From Octopus sinensis (lineage: Eukaryota): DNA of 64,000 nucleotides. The translations under genes were made by a program, and so were the position numbers. The stretch is from contig NC_043013.1 of the NCBI RefSeq assembly GCF_006345805.1, positions 12,896,001-12,960,000 on the forward strand. Direction: 5' to 3'. This document shows positions 41,218 to 54,700 of this stretch, one piece after another. Position 1 is the first letter of the stretch. Each line of letters opens with the position of its first letter. Under the pieces are notes generated by a model. The model was given only the letters and a program-made list of their open reading frames with translations, had not been told where the DNA came from and searched no databases.

Positions 41218-43899
41218 AGCGTTTACATGTATGTGTGTTTGTGCGTGTGGTTCGTTGTGAGTGTGCGTGTGTATGTGTGATGTGGGGGGGGGTAAACTCC
41301 ATTGTGGCATTTACGTATTTCATTTAGAAGTTTTTCTGTTTTGTTTGCTTGCAATTATATTTCCACAAATTTTGTGACGGAAGTCTGCATTTTTACACTT
41401 GTATCAAAGTACTAGTTTATTCTCCCTTTTAAAACTCTTCTCTGCCGCTCAGTCGGTCTATTTTTTATACTACCCTCATTTTATACATACCCTCATTCAT
41501 CCCTATTCTATTTTATTGTTACACACTATACACTACACACACACATAAACTCACACAAGTACACACAACACACTCTGTTTCACATACACTCACACCCACA
41601 TGGACAATGATATTCTCAAAGAGTAGGGGTTGCGTTCCAGCCTCATCAACGGTGCAAAAGTACGCAACTGATTTAGGATAGGAAAGGAGAGGCTTGAAAG
41701 ACCCAAAACCTGGACGACCTGCAGCTTCGAAGCCGGAGGAAATATTGGTTTATTCTGCTGATGGGTGACAGGCGATTGTCTTTAAATCAATATCCAATGC
41801 TGTTAGCATATCTGTGTGAGAGTTGAGAATATTCCACACTATTAGATTGGCATGGCGATGGTTTCCGCTCATTTGTGCCGTATCGCTGCGACGATGACCC
41901 ATATCTAGTGCTGATGGAGTTTTTTCACCAACAGCATGAAAGCTACCAAACACTGCAACATCAATGAAAGAAGTGTCTAGGCTTCACGGGGTCCCATGTT
42001 GGAAAATAAACTCATTTTGTTATACTCATCAAAATTAACTTTTTCAGTGTGTGTGTGTGTGTGTGTCGTGTGTGAGTGTTATGTTCCTCATGCATTCAAA
42101 AACTGACTTCCCATTTTGATGTTGTGGTATCAAAAATTCAGTAATCTTTCGGCTACCAAATAAACTTTATTTCATTTACATATTCGCATGACAAAAATTT
42201 ATCATTATAATTTTTTTTTGTCGCCTATCTTAAACTGTATTTTGTACACCATCGCAACGGCGACGACGTTACATTTTCTGTATACTTTTGTTTACGCTTT
42301 CGTTACGTTCGTTAGGCCGATGACCGAGAAATATATGTGTATGACGGTGTATGGATCTGTCAATACACGTACATTTTTGTTACGGCTAACACACACATAC
42401 ACACATCTAAAGACAGAGACAGACACATAGAGAGACAGAGATAGTCCTGAGATGTTCGTGATGTATGCCTGTTTGTGTCTTAGTATATTATGTGACCGTA
42501 CCGCCCACAGTGAAAGGCACCGATTTTGAAAGAGTTTAGTTTAGTTGCGGCCTGGTCGTTGAACGAACAACATCGTTTACTTTAAAGTACCACTGTTTTG
42601 AATTTTCCTTTTCATCATGGAGATTTGCGGTTTAACAGCATTGACGATATCACTACCTATGTGCTGAAATATTATTCTGGCTTTTATTACTAACTGAAGA
42701 TTTGGCTGATTTGACAGCACTCACAATACTCGCAATAATATCTGAAAAACAAATGTTATTCTGGATATTATAGCAAATCGGAAACTAGGCGAATGGAAAG
42801 CCTTAGCGACTCTTTCAATATAATTACAAAATGTTATTCCACTCCTTATAACCAGTTTGAAGATAATGCATTTTTAACAGTCCTTGCGTCTTGTAGTATT
42901 CCAGCTATGCTATTTTATCACTGTGAGTATTCGACGCCCGCACAACCATTTTACTGCTTTAGTCACTTTTTATTCTACAGCCTATAAACATTACCCAGTT
43001 AAAATATATAGTGATGTCCAATTAATTCATGCCTTGCTACATACATCGTTCATCAAATGTTTAAATTAATTAACGTTCACAACAGCAACATATTCCTTTG
43101 TTCAGCTTTGTTCAAAATTGTAAAATAATAAATTATTTTTGTATGAAAAATTGAATTATGCTTTCTGAATTTTCTTAGAGCTTCACTTTCTTCACCGTGA
43201 CATTGATTCAGTCCTGGATTTTATAACATTTTATACATGTTCCAAATAAATGTTAACTTTCATTACTTTGTTACATTGGCGATGCATAGTAACTTTTGGT
43301 AAATTGGTAATTTTCCAACGCTAGAATATTTATTTTGGAAATATTACCTAAAAAATTTTATAGCATAACTATGCTACAGGAGGTGCACCCCTAGGTCGGG
43401 TTGAACATTTTGAGGTCAATTTCGGGCAATATTTTTGATTTCCTTCCAATGTTTGACTTTCATCCGGTGTTTCACGCAACATTGAATTCTATTCAGGCAA
43501 ACATTTATAAAAATGTACACATAAATATTGTATTAAAATAAGCCACAACCAAAACATTTCGTTAAAATACATCCATTTCTCTATATGTTATGAGGAAATA
43601 CAGTCACTCTCTCTCTCTCACGAACAAAAAAGTTGCATGCATATGTATTTATGTATGTGTATATGAAGATAATGTGTGAGAGAGAGAGTGAGTGCCACTT
43701 ACAGATACATGAAAAAATTCATACCTTACAACATACCATCATTCATTTACTCTCCTCCTCCCTCACACCACGCACCGCGCGCGCGTCCATACATCTTTCA
43801 CTTTCTCTTCTCTTTCAATTTATGCTCTCTTCAAGGTATAAAGCAATAAAAAATATTTTACCGAAACTAATGAGCAATCATATGATCTCATATAATCGA

Positions 43900-44484
43900 C
43901 CGTATGACCGAGTGACAACTTTGCTACTTCAAACAAGAGTTGTCATGCTGCAAACAGGTTTACGAGGACGCTGTCATGAGCAAATCACAAGTTACGAGTT
44001 GTTTTCACATTTAGGAGTGTCCATGTCGATTGAATAATCAACCTTGTTCGTGGCGGACCATCGACGTGATGCCCTCTGGAAAAAGATCCGGATCACCATC
44101 CAACAGTTGTTTCAGCTCAGGGATACGCATTCAGTCGTGACTGTTTTATTCTCCGTGAGCAAGTGAGACGCAAATTTTGCTACAACTCTTTCATTCACCA
44201 ATCCTCCCTCAAAATTCTGTGTCCGTCCATCCATAATGCAAAGCGTCCATAGAGGAAACGTTTTAAGATGTAAAAGAGATGAAGAAAAAAAAAAAACGAC
44301 GGAGGCGTTTAAAGGTGTTATTTCGCAAGAGTTTAAAGATTGCTTTGAACAGTGGAAAACGCGTCTGGACCGATGCATTGCTTCAAATGGAGAATACTTT
44401 GAAGGCTATAAAAGTGTAAACATGTAAAGCTAACTGAATAAAATAATATTGCAACATTCCGGTTTCTTTTGAATACCGCTCGTA
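43900..44484 (+). mobile_element. Rearranged mariner remnant
   Basis: FKDCFEQWKTRLDRCIASNGEYFEG C-terminus followed by terminal TTTTGAATACCGCTCG-TA. Confidence 0.75.
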
Positions 44485-44497
44485 TGCATACATACAT

Positions 44498-44547
<50 letters not shown>

Positions 44548-44803
44548 GTTAAAGCGGACAACAAACATTAAGGCAAGGCAAAAATTTCAAGTCGTATACA
44601 ATATATTATTGGAAAAAAATTCAGTCTTACAGCTGTTTCTGGGATATCCCAGTATGCTTTTTTTCTATAAACATCGGAAAGTTGAACTATGAACTTTATG
44701 CTTATTTTTCTTCTCTCTCTTAATCTCCTTATTCCTTTACCTCACCTTCCTCTATGACTCATCTCCTTAATATTCCATTTCATTTTCCCTATTTTTCCCT
44801 ATT

Positions 44804-44855
44804 GTCTCTGAGATAGAATATCCCTACTCGGAGATATCAGAAACAGCTGTAAGAC
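44804..44855 (+). ncRNA. Hammerhead ribozyme motif, left-arm copy (core reads CTGA-GA, 1-nt deletion)
   Basis: GTCT-CTGAGA...GAAA-CAGCTG-TA-AGAC. Confidence 0.45.
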
Positions 44856-45329
44856 TTTGAATTTTTCCCAATAATAATATTGTTTACGATTTGTAATGTT
44901 TAATTTTAAAGGACAAGTATAATTTTATAAGGACAACTAGTGTATAGTCTAAAATATATTGAATTGGAACGATCGTACTGAAGAGTCCACGAACGATGAT
45001 TACGTAAGTAAAATTGTTGATGACGAAATAAGTCTACGATTAATTTGTTTTTTGTATATTTTCATCTGTCTTACCGCATTAGGTTCTGGGTTTGCTGAAT
45101 TTTCTCTAGAGAACATTCTTTTCTTTGTAGTTAGATCGTAGGTGATCTTCTTCTAGCATATTGGATGTCCACTTAGTGGTCATACTATTATACGCATGTA
45201 TTACAATTTTTCGAATTTTCAGATTTTTTCTATATGCTAGGTTACTGGTTTTAAATTAATATTAATTGAATTAATATTCAATTTATCATCCTCATTATTT
45301 TATTAATATATACATATATATATATACAT

Positions 45330-45393
<64 letters not shown>

Positions 45394-45879
45394 ATGCATG
45401 TATATATATATATGTATATATTAATATAAATAATGAGGATGATAAATTGAATATTAATTCAATTAATATTAATTTAAAACCAGTAACCTAGCATATAGAA
45501 AAATCTGAAAATTCAGAAAAATTGTAATACATGCGTATAATAGGTATGACCACTAAGTGGACATCCAATATGCTAGAAGAAGATCACCTACGATCTAACT
45601 ACAAAGAAAAGAATGTTCTCTAGAGAAATTCAGCAAACACCAGAACCTAAGCGGGTAAGACAGATGAAAATATACAAAAAACAGAATTAATCGTAGACTG
45701 ATTTCGTCATCAACAATTTTACTTACGTAATCATCGTTCGTGGACTCTTCAGTACGATCGTTCCAATTCAATATAATTTGTAGAACTATACACTAGTTGT
45801 CCTTATAAAATTATACGTTGTCCTTATAAAATTAAACATTACAAATCGTAAACAATATTATTATTGGGAAAAATTCAAA

Positions 45880-45935
45880 GTCTTACAGCTGTTTCTGGGA
45901 TATCTCCGAGTATGGGATATTCTATCATCAGAGAC
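45880..45935 (-). ncRNA. Minimal type I hammerhead ribozyme (Penelope-associated type)
   Basis: Minus strand GTCT-CTGATGA-[TAGAATATCCCATACTCGGAGATATCCCA]-GAAA-CAGCTG-TA-AGAC: helix I GTCT/AGAC, complete core, palindromic helix III, UA cleavage site; helix II partly mismatched. Confidence 0.7.
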
Positions 45936-46398
45936 AAATAGGGAAAAATAGGGAAAATGAAAATGGAATATATTAATGAGATGAAGTCATAGAGGAAGGG
46001 AGTAAAGGAATAAGGAGATGAAGAGAGAGAAGAAAAATGAAGCATAAAAGTTCATAGTTCAACTTTCCGATGTTATAGAAAAAAAGCATACTCGGGGATA
46101 TCCCAGAAACAGCTGTAAGACTGAATTTTTTCCAATAATAATATTGTATACGACTTGAAATTTTTGCCTTGCCTTAATGTTTGTTGTCCGCTTTAACAAG
46201 CGCGTTGTTTATTTGTGTGTGTTTGAGTATGTGTGTGTGTGTGTCTTTATGTCTCTTTCCCCCACCCCATCACCGCTTGAAACCAATGTTGATGCGTCAC
46301 CGTAACTTAGCAGTTCAGCAAAAGCGACCCGATAGAATAAGCTCTAGACTTACTAATGATAAGTCCTGAGGTCGATTGCTTAGACTAAAATCCTTTAA

Positions 46399-47690
46399 CC
46401 CTTGGTCTACCCAATATTTTTCTTTTAGTTAAATTTTATTTAAATTACCCCTATTTCTTAGCTATATTATATATGCCATCAGGCGAATAAAGAATTACTG
46501 TTTCACACAAATTTTAATTAAAAAAGTACAGCTTACAGAATATATTATAAACTTTTAAGAATTACAAAAATACAGAATTGCAGCTCTTCATGGCAGTGAA
46601 TGCAGACAACATTTGAATGTTCTTGACAAACATGGATATTACAATTCTTACATGTAATACGAAACTTCCCGTCTTTTGTGGGGACCACACAAAGAACATC
46701 TTCCTTTTTTCTTTGGTTGAGGAATCTCAAATGAGGTTGAAGATCATCTTCTTTTTCTGTTTGGTTGAGAAATGTTAAGAGAACTAGAAGATTGTTTGTC
46801 GTGTTCTTGTTGAGCATTAACTTCAGCAAGTTCCTTTCCTAACTGAATTAGGCACTGTCTTCTTTTATCCTCGAAACTTTGCAAGTGAAGCTGTTTAACA
46901 ATAATGTAAGCATTCACTGCACTTATATCAATCATATTGAAGAATATAACCATAGGCCATCTTTGACTCATTCTTTTGCAAGTGTATATCATTACCATCT
47001 TATCTAGGGTATTTGCTCCTCCTTTTGTTTTGTTGTAACATGTAATAACTTCAAGTTTCTTCTCAGCACTTTTTGAATCAATTGAAGGCTGAGAGTCATT
47101 GTACTCATAAGTGTGACAACATAATTTTTCTTGGGACAATAAGATAGAATCATAGAATCCTTTTGAAATCCAAATACTTAGCTGTTCTCTTTCTTTGCCA
47201 TTTGTGAAACCACTTGGAAGTTCAACCCTGTTCTTTCTAATTGTTACAGCTAAGGTAGTTTTCTTGCTAAGCAGCTTTCAAGCCAATCCTAGACTTGTAA
47301 AAAAATTATCACAAGTTATATTGCGACCAGTATGTTCAAGTTACTAGGTCTTCAACAACTCTTGAACCTTGATTTGTCTCCCTACTTTTTACTGGGTCTT
47401 TTCCAGTGTAGATTTGCATTTTCCAGGCATAAGACGTTTCACTGTCGCATATTGCCCAAATTTTAATTCCATATTTCCCTGGTGTTGAAATAATATATAC
47501 CCGGAATGGGCAGCGCCTTCTGAATGAAACTAATTGTTCATCAACTGTCATGCATGAACTTGGAGCATATCTATCTTGCAAATTCTGATTCCACATTTCA
47601 AATACTTCTCTATGGGTTCCAATTTATCATCACTTCTCTTTTTTTTTCTTTGCACTAGCATCATCAAAACGCAATACTTGTAAAATCTGG
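46399..47690 (-). mobile_element. piggyBac transposon, 3' half (PGBD4-like transposase pseudogene)
   Basis: TTAA|CCC terminus at 46395-46401; motifs TVDEQL, GKYGIKIW, CDNFF, YNKTKGG, RWPM; C-terminal Cys-rich domain. Confidence 0.9.
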
Positions 47691-48611
47691 TTTGTTCTTA
47701 GTAAATAATGCAAAAATACAAGACGCCGGTTGCATATTGATATCCCTTATCATTATGTGTGTGATAAAGGCATGACTGTTTGGAAACTACACGAGAGATG
47801 AGAAGAGAAAATTACTTCAAGACTTTAGTTTCTAAGTCCAAAGAAAGAAGAAATATTTTATCTGGGATTGTTATTGTTACATGTTGAAGAAGCTCGCATT
47901 TTTTTTTTATGGTCTTAAAACAGTTAATTGTGTGCGATGATCTTGAAACAGTTGACGGTGTACGATGTAAGTTATGATGAGAAAGCTGTTAATTTTCATT
48001 TAGCACAAATTACAATAAACTTTATATAAGGCTGGGACCCTAATTATTCGAAATATTTTTGATTGTTTTTAAATGAAAAACTGCCAAGCCTTTACATAAG
48101 AAATTTATCAATGGTCTTTTTCCGTTTTGATAAAATTATTTTTCACAACTTGTGTATAGTAATCCATACGTGCATACAACGACACACACATACACGCACA
48201 CACACGCGCACATAGACACACATAGACACGCACGCACGCACACACACACAACTATATATATGTATATGTATATATAAATGTATCATTTAGTATTCTTATG
48301 CCATTTCAAGTTGTAAGACAATACCTTTTCATCCGGAGTACCTTCGTAAGATGTGTTGAATAGATAAACACTTCAGTTGAGCTATACAATGCCAGGTAAT
48401 AATGATAAATCGATACAAAGATCATATAATGATTATCCTTCATAAAGAGGATAAATGCAAACAAGTAACATCTCGTTCTTGACAGCCATTTCTACCTAGA
48501 AAACAGACAGGATGCTGCAGAGGAATTGTTTTCAAATTATTTGTATGTAAACGATTTATTGTATAATTAATATATGTTTTTAATTACTTAAGGGCTTAGC
48601 CATCTCCACTC

Positions 48612-48682
<71 letters not shown>

Positions 48683-48730
48683 TACATACATACATACATA
48701 CATACATACATACATACATACATACATACA

Positions 48731-48764
<34 letters not shown>

Positions 48765-49925
48765 CCTTATTTATGCATGAATAAATATATCCTTGGATGT
48801 ATTTCATTTGAGAGTTTTAATGCAAATTTTATTTTCTCACATATATATATGAATATATTTTGTTTATTTTATTGCATAAGTTAATGTTTAAAGAATGTGT
48901 TGTTACGTTGTTTCGCTGTGATTCTTTACAGTATGTGTTGTGCAAAATGTAAATATTTTATCGTCCGGTGATATATATGGAATGTTTTGCATGCATGGAA
49001 TGGAACTATTTGAGATGTACGACTAAATTACGATAAGGGCCGAGTTTATCTGGATCATATTTTGGACTGACAATAACGTTGATATGGCTTTTATGATTTT
49101 GTTTATTTTTTTATCATACATTGTGCTTCAATTACTATTGATATTGTTTTCAAATTCATACCTGCTTCCTGTTTATTTTCATTTCAAGACTTGAACGTTG
49201 AGTTTCCACATCTCTCACCGGGAAATGTTTGGACAAAAAGAAATTGAGATATCAATAAGAGTACAAATATTGTTCTTTCACTTTTTAATAAATTATATTT
49301 GTACGTTTTTCTTTGATATCTTTGTCAGTCATTCTCCAGTTGTAAATAACTGGACTTAGCAAGGAATGGATCACCGGAAAGGATGTGGTCAACTCTTTCA
49401 TTATATTTTTCGTTGTATAGTCTATGTTCCGCATACAGAAGTCAGTCCTAAAAAGATCTCCAATGTCTTATTTTAAATCGATGAGTGATTTTCGCACCAA
49501 AATTATATTCTATGATCTGGTTAAGTACATATTAGGCTATATTTCTCCGTGGGTATTTGGTAAGACTAAAGCGTGTCTGGAATTAACCCTATCCCAAATT
49601 TCAAAAGTTAAAAATTCTTTTTGGTTCACTACTCTCACTCTTTATCCCGCTCTTAATGTACGTAATACTTTCACTAAAGTTTCTGAAGTTTCTAGAATTT
49701 TCTATTCCAAGAAATATTGATGCTTCTTATCCCGTTTGAAACAGATAACATTTCTTTTTCTTTTTTCATCTTCTCCCTTTTCTATTTTTGTTACTATATC
49801 TCATCTCACCCTCACTCCTCCACTCTCTCTTCCTTATTTTCTCTATATTTCTATCCCTCTCTCTATCACTCCCTCTCTCTCACTCTCTCTCTCTCTCTCA
49901 TTATTTAAATGAATAACTTTATGAT
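47690..49925 (+). repeat. Partial paralogue of PAN gene 5' region (upstream, promoter, exon 1, intron 1)
   Basis: 48410-48580 matches 1815-1990; 49360-49925 matches about 2480-3170; 47690-48500 matches 60385-61260. Confidence 0.88.
48512..48542 (+). CDS. Intact paralogous leader exon (MLQRNCFQII), no adjacent exon 2
   Basis: ATG context and GTATGT donor conserved, same 31-nt length and phase 1; functional status unknown. Confidence 0.5.
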
Positions 49926-49929
49926 TGTC

Positions 49930-50450
49930 CAAGTAATGTAAGCAAAAAGTTTTAAAATTTAGTCTCAAGGCATTTTCCGGCCAACCATAAATAGCATAGA
50001 ATATTTAATAGAAGAACGCTTAACGTCATATATTCTTATTGCAAGCACTTCGGCTCTCTAACAAGCCAGCATAGCACGAAAATACTAAGCAAAACTAACG
50101 GTACCACTGAAGGAAACAACCGAAAATGTAACTTCAAAGACTAAAGCTGCTGTCCTTTAGCGGGAGATTGTCTACTTAAAGGCGTAGTAAACAGAGCCAA
50201 AGTCCAGATGGACAACACGGATGAATACAAGATGTACACAGGCTAGGCAGAGAATTCCTTTAAAACGAGACCTTAGCAACTTATGAATTCATTTAAACAT
50301 CTAGAAAACAGATCTACGACGAGCCTAGCTAAACATATATAGCATTTAAAAGGAACAAAGTTTTCATCGTTTGAAATCCATTGGGCTGTCTTGGAAATGA
50401 TGATGCCCATAACAACAGCAGCAACATTACCAACGTGACAACGGAATTCC
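49930..50450 (+). mobile_element. Penelope-like GIY-YIG remnant
   Basis: CNFKD*SCCPLAGDCLLKGVV..MYTG*AENSFKTR..STTSLAKHI. Confidence 0.8.
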
Positions 50451-50760
50451 ATACGTAATATCATGGAGAATCCTAGAACACCCAGGCCCCTCCATAAACG
50501 GGACCAAGCGTTGTAAACTGTGCATAGCTGAACCGGTGAGAATACTAAAGGTCTTCCTCGACCCGGGGAACATTCTTTACTCCAGAACAGCGGTCTTCGA
50601 AACATGTTAACACTTCAGGATATTCCTGCTGGCCTATTGCGATCCACACGATAAAAGAGTCATTTACGATTGAGAGCCAAAGGGAGACAGCCCCTATTGT
50701 TGACAGAGTAACGATGTATTTTCCTCTTTCAATTTGTAGAAAGGCAACTTGCTAGGGAGG

Positions 50761-50841
50761 CTATGATCCAATAGGTTTGGGTTTCACGTCCATAAAGCTA
50801 AGCGCTTTATGGACGTGAAACCCAAACCTATTGGATCATAG
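50761..50841. repeat. Perfect 38-bp inverted repeat with 5-nt spacer
   Basis: CTATGATCCAATAGGTTTGGGTTTCACGTCCATAAAGC-taagc-exact reverse complement. Confidence 0.97.
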
Positions 50842-51773
50842 ACAGACAGACGTGTGTATAGGTTAAGATTTATAATTAAACGTACTAGTTTCTAATTTCG
50901 TGCAAATATGTAACCCGCATTTTTTATTGTTTTTTTTCAAAATCGATGTTGTTTTAAAATTGATTTAATTTAGAATATAATTATGCTAACTGGAACAGTT
51001 GATTATTTTCAAAAGTAAAGAAGTAATCATTTTGATCATAAATTTAATGAAATTGAACACTAGATCCATATTCTTGAAACAAACATCCTGAATATAATTA
51101 TTTTCAGTTGCATTTATTTAAAATAGCTGTACATAGTTTGTTTTTGTTTTTAATTTTAAGAAATGATATATAAACCCCAAAGCTAATTCATTAATGTATG
51201 TCGTATTGTTGCTATGTGTAGGTGCTTTCCATGGGTGGCTGTGTTGAGTATAGTATGATGTGGGCGAATTAGTTCTCAACTGTTTAATACCCAATATTGC
51301 AGAGAAAAACTTACAAATTGCATGGGTATATATTAAATTTATACAAGAGAATATAGAATGGATATATATATATAACAATTGCCAATCCAAAACTTGAAAT
51401 TTAAAATATATTAGCATAACAGCTGCCATATGCGTATCTTCCATTACTATTATACTTAGTCACTAATCTACTTCAACCATTAGCTGTTTTTCTACTTCCT
51501 ACACTTAATACTACAGCGATCTCTAACTGGATTTCTGCACATATCCACTACTCCACTAACCAGGCCCACTTAAGACATCAAACTCTCCTACTCTCATCGC
51601 ACTTATTTCACATGATCTCTTTGATCGTGCATTAAACTGTCTGTCTACTCACTCCTCCAAAAGCAACGGTCTTATAACTCTCTCACCAGTCATTTTATTT
51701 CTTATTGAAACCAACCTAAACACGTTTAAACTAAAAATCCACTGTAACAGTATAGATTTTTTTTAATTGGTAA

Positions 51774-54700
51774 CACTAGGCAACAAAATGTTTGCTACTA
51801 TTAGACGAAACGGTGCTCATAGGTAATTTGGGAGCGCTGATTCCGAATCTGCAATCATTTTTGTTCTAGCACGTCACGTTTTTGCGCTATCATTATTATG
51901 CTGCTATCAAAATTATAATGTGAAAATTCATGACAAATCAAATGTATGTTATGTTAAGCGTAAATTACTGTTATTTGATATAATAACAATAGCAACTAGG
52001 TGAACAAGTGGCTCTAAAACCAATGAAACACAAGACAAAAGTGTAAGTGAATATTATTAATTTTATGTTTTTCAAAAATAGCATTGGCGTCTTATTTTAC
52101 GCTTCTGCTGTATATCCGTTTCTCGTTTTAAAAACCAGCAGTAGTCCGTCAGCATGTTTGCTGTAAGCCTGCCACTGTAGCGCCTTTCTAGCTCTTTGAT
52201 TTCGTGATGAAATCGTTCACCCTGCTCATCGCTTACAATACTCATACTGAGTGGAAAAAAAGTCAAGATGTCAGTGGACGAAATGAATTTTTAGAAAAAT
52301 CATTCACAATTGCAACGTAGTTAGATGGAGTGGCGGTGTGGTAAGTAGCCTGCTTACCTCATGGCGCATGTGCGAATCAGAGTTGCGTTTGATACTAAAG
52401 CTGTAAGACGTGTTTTTGAAGCCGTCTTAAATGGAAGATTTTTGAAACTCAGCTGTAAGGTAAGATTTTTGATGTCTAGTGGGGACCTGTTGTTTGCCGC
52501 AATTGTTTTTACAAACAAGAAGTCCTCACTGGATTCTAGTCTACCTGGGGCTGAGTGAATTTTTTTTCACTTAATTGTGAAAATTATTGTTTTGGTGGGT
52601 GTTTGAAAATAGTATTTGTCCAGGAATAACTCCGTGGGAATTTTTAGAAAAAATTCAACAATATTGTTCCTGTCAAGAAAACTGGAATGATTTTTTTAAC
52701 TGTTTAACATTTGCGTTAAAATTTTGGCCTGCAGTGCCGAGTGGCCTTTGCTGTATTTTGAACTGTTGCTCTCTCTTCATCTATCTTTTATTTTAAAAAA
52801 ACTCTTTATTGAACTGTTATGTTTTCTCCTTCCTTTTTGTTTGAACTTTTTTCTCTTCCTTCCTTTTCCTTAATTATTTTGTATTTTAAAACTGTATTTT
52901 TGGACTTTTTTAAAAAATCAACATGGCAAATAACAATGGAAAGTTGGTGGAGTGGGAAATTACATCACCCAAAAGATGGTTAAAATAATTTGAAAGCAAG
53001 ACGGTGGTTTTGAGGACCTACTCTAGGACCCTCGACGCCATTGCCGTTTTCATAAAAGATATAATCGAAAGAGAGCTGGCAGAATTTAAGTTTATATCTC
53101 GGGGGGTCAAATACGCAACCGTGTGGTTGGTGTTTGACTCCCCAGAAGTGGCTTGTGAATTTGCGAGCCAGCTCTGGAGGGCAATGAAATTTTGTTTCTT
53201 CCTACTTATTGTGGGAAGAAGTTGACGAGAGCTTGGGTATGCGGCTTGCCACCCGGAGTTGAGCACGAATTGTCATCTGTACCTGGAGCCTGGCCATATA
53301 AATAAGAACTCTCCTCAAGGGCAAAGCAAAGTCCTGGAGCGGTTGACGGAGACCTCTGCAGAGGAGGGAATGAAGGCGGTCGAGGAGACGAAAGACTCCT
53401 CAAAGAAGAGCCGCAAAAGGAAGAAGGTGAGCAATAATGGGTGCCCACCGAAGGATCCTGAGGATGAGGGAGGAGAGGCGAATCTCCCGGTCACGGAAGA
53501 GAAGCACCCTCCCCCAGTCGAGAAGAAAAAAGGAGAGGAGGAGAAACGGGACATTGCTGGCAGTCGGAGACATGGCGCCGGAGTGTCCCCGAGCCTCATC
53601 GGTTGTGTCACCGGCGGGGCGGAAATTGTGCCGCCAACGGTAGAATTGACCCCACTCGGACCCGGAGGACGAAGAACAGTTGGTCTTCTTTTATAGAGGT
53701 GGAGAAGTGGTAAAGGTGGTGGAAGAACACTACGAGGGAGTACCTTTGGCCTTCACACGGGATCCCGAATGGCCTCCGCAGATAGCTGTGGAAGTGATAA
53801 CGTTGCGCGTGTTACATAGGCTGGAGGAACTAAAAGAGAAATATCGCTCGTGGCCGGGTGACGCCAATTCGGAGCCCACCTTGATTTTAAAGCAAGCATG
53901 GGTGATGGTGGAGTACATGGACACAAGCGATGATGAGGTGGAAAATTGACAAGAGGTTGAAAAGCCTCAGTGTTATAAAGTGCAAGAGGCTCAGCGCCTC
54001 ATTTGTAAATGGACTAGTGTTGATTGTATATTGAATATTTTATTGTATGTTATTGCATGTTATTATTTTTAATGGACTATTAAGTCCAATAATTGTAAAA
54101 ACTGTCGTGAGAGGTTCAATACTGCATTTTGTTTTGTTTTTTTTCTGTTGGAAAAAAAGAAGAATGATGTTTTAGAGAAGCAGAAAATCGGCGGGCGTTT
54201 TTTATCTTCTCCCATCAATATCATCCTTGTTTCATCATTCACCTTATCAATGTATGTGTCCAGCCCGCAAGCCTCTCTTTGTAATGCCTTTATGGCAAAC
54301 CTTAATGAAATAAAGTAGCTTGCTTACCAACCCATGAGTCTTTGAGACTTCCCATAAGTCTTTGTTGTCAGTGTACGCATGCCTCATTTTGATGTGCACT
54401 GAAAAAGACAGTCGGCAGTATTTAACCTGCCAAGAAAGAAGCTGCTGCAAGGTAAGACTTTTGTCTCTTGAGTCCAGTGGGGGTTGTCTGTGGTTATATT
54501 TTTTAAAAACAAGGAGTCCTCAGTGGATTCAGGATGTTGGTCTGCTTGCGGTTCAGCAATATTGTTCACATTAAGTGAAAATTTTTTTCCCGTGAAAAGT
54601 ACAGTTTGGGGGCGTATCATTCAACCAAAAGTTGTTCACTTTTTTAATAGTGTATGTTTTTACAACAACATTTACCATTAATTCGAAAGCTGTATTTCAA

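Larger units (their letters stand above)
44547..46198. repeat. About 1.65-kb palindrome (arms about 820-830 bp) centred on (CA)n(TA)n(TG)n
   Basis: Right arm is the reverse complement of the left arm with scattered small indels. Confidence 0.95.

Noticed and set aside
46545-47596. Domesticated PGBD gene
   Set aside because: Frameshifted, 5'-truncated and retains a TTAA-CCC end; a dead transposon.
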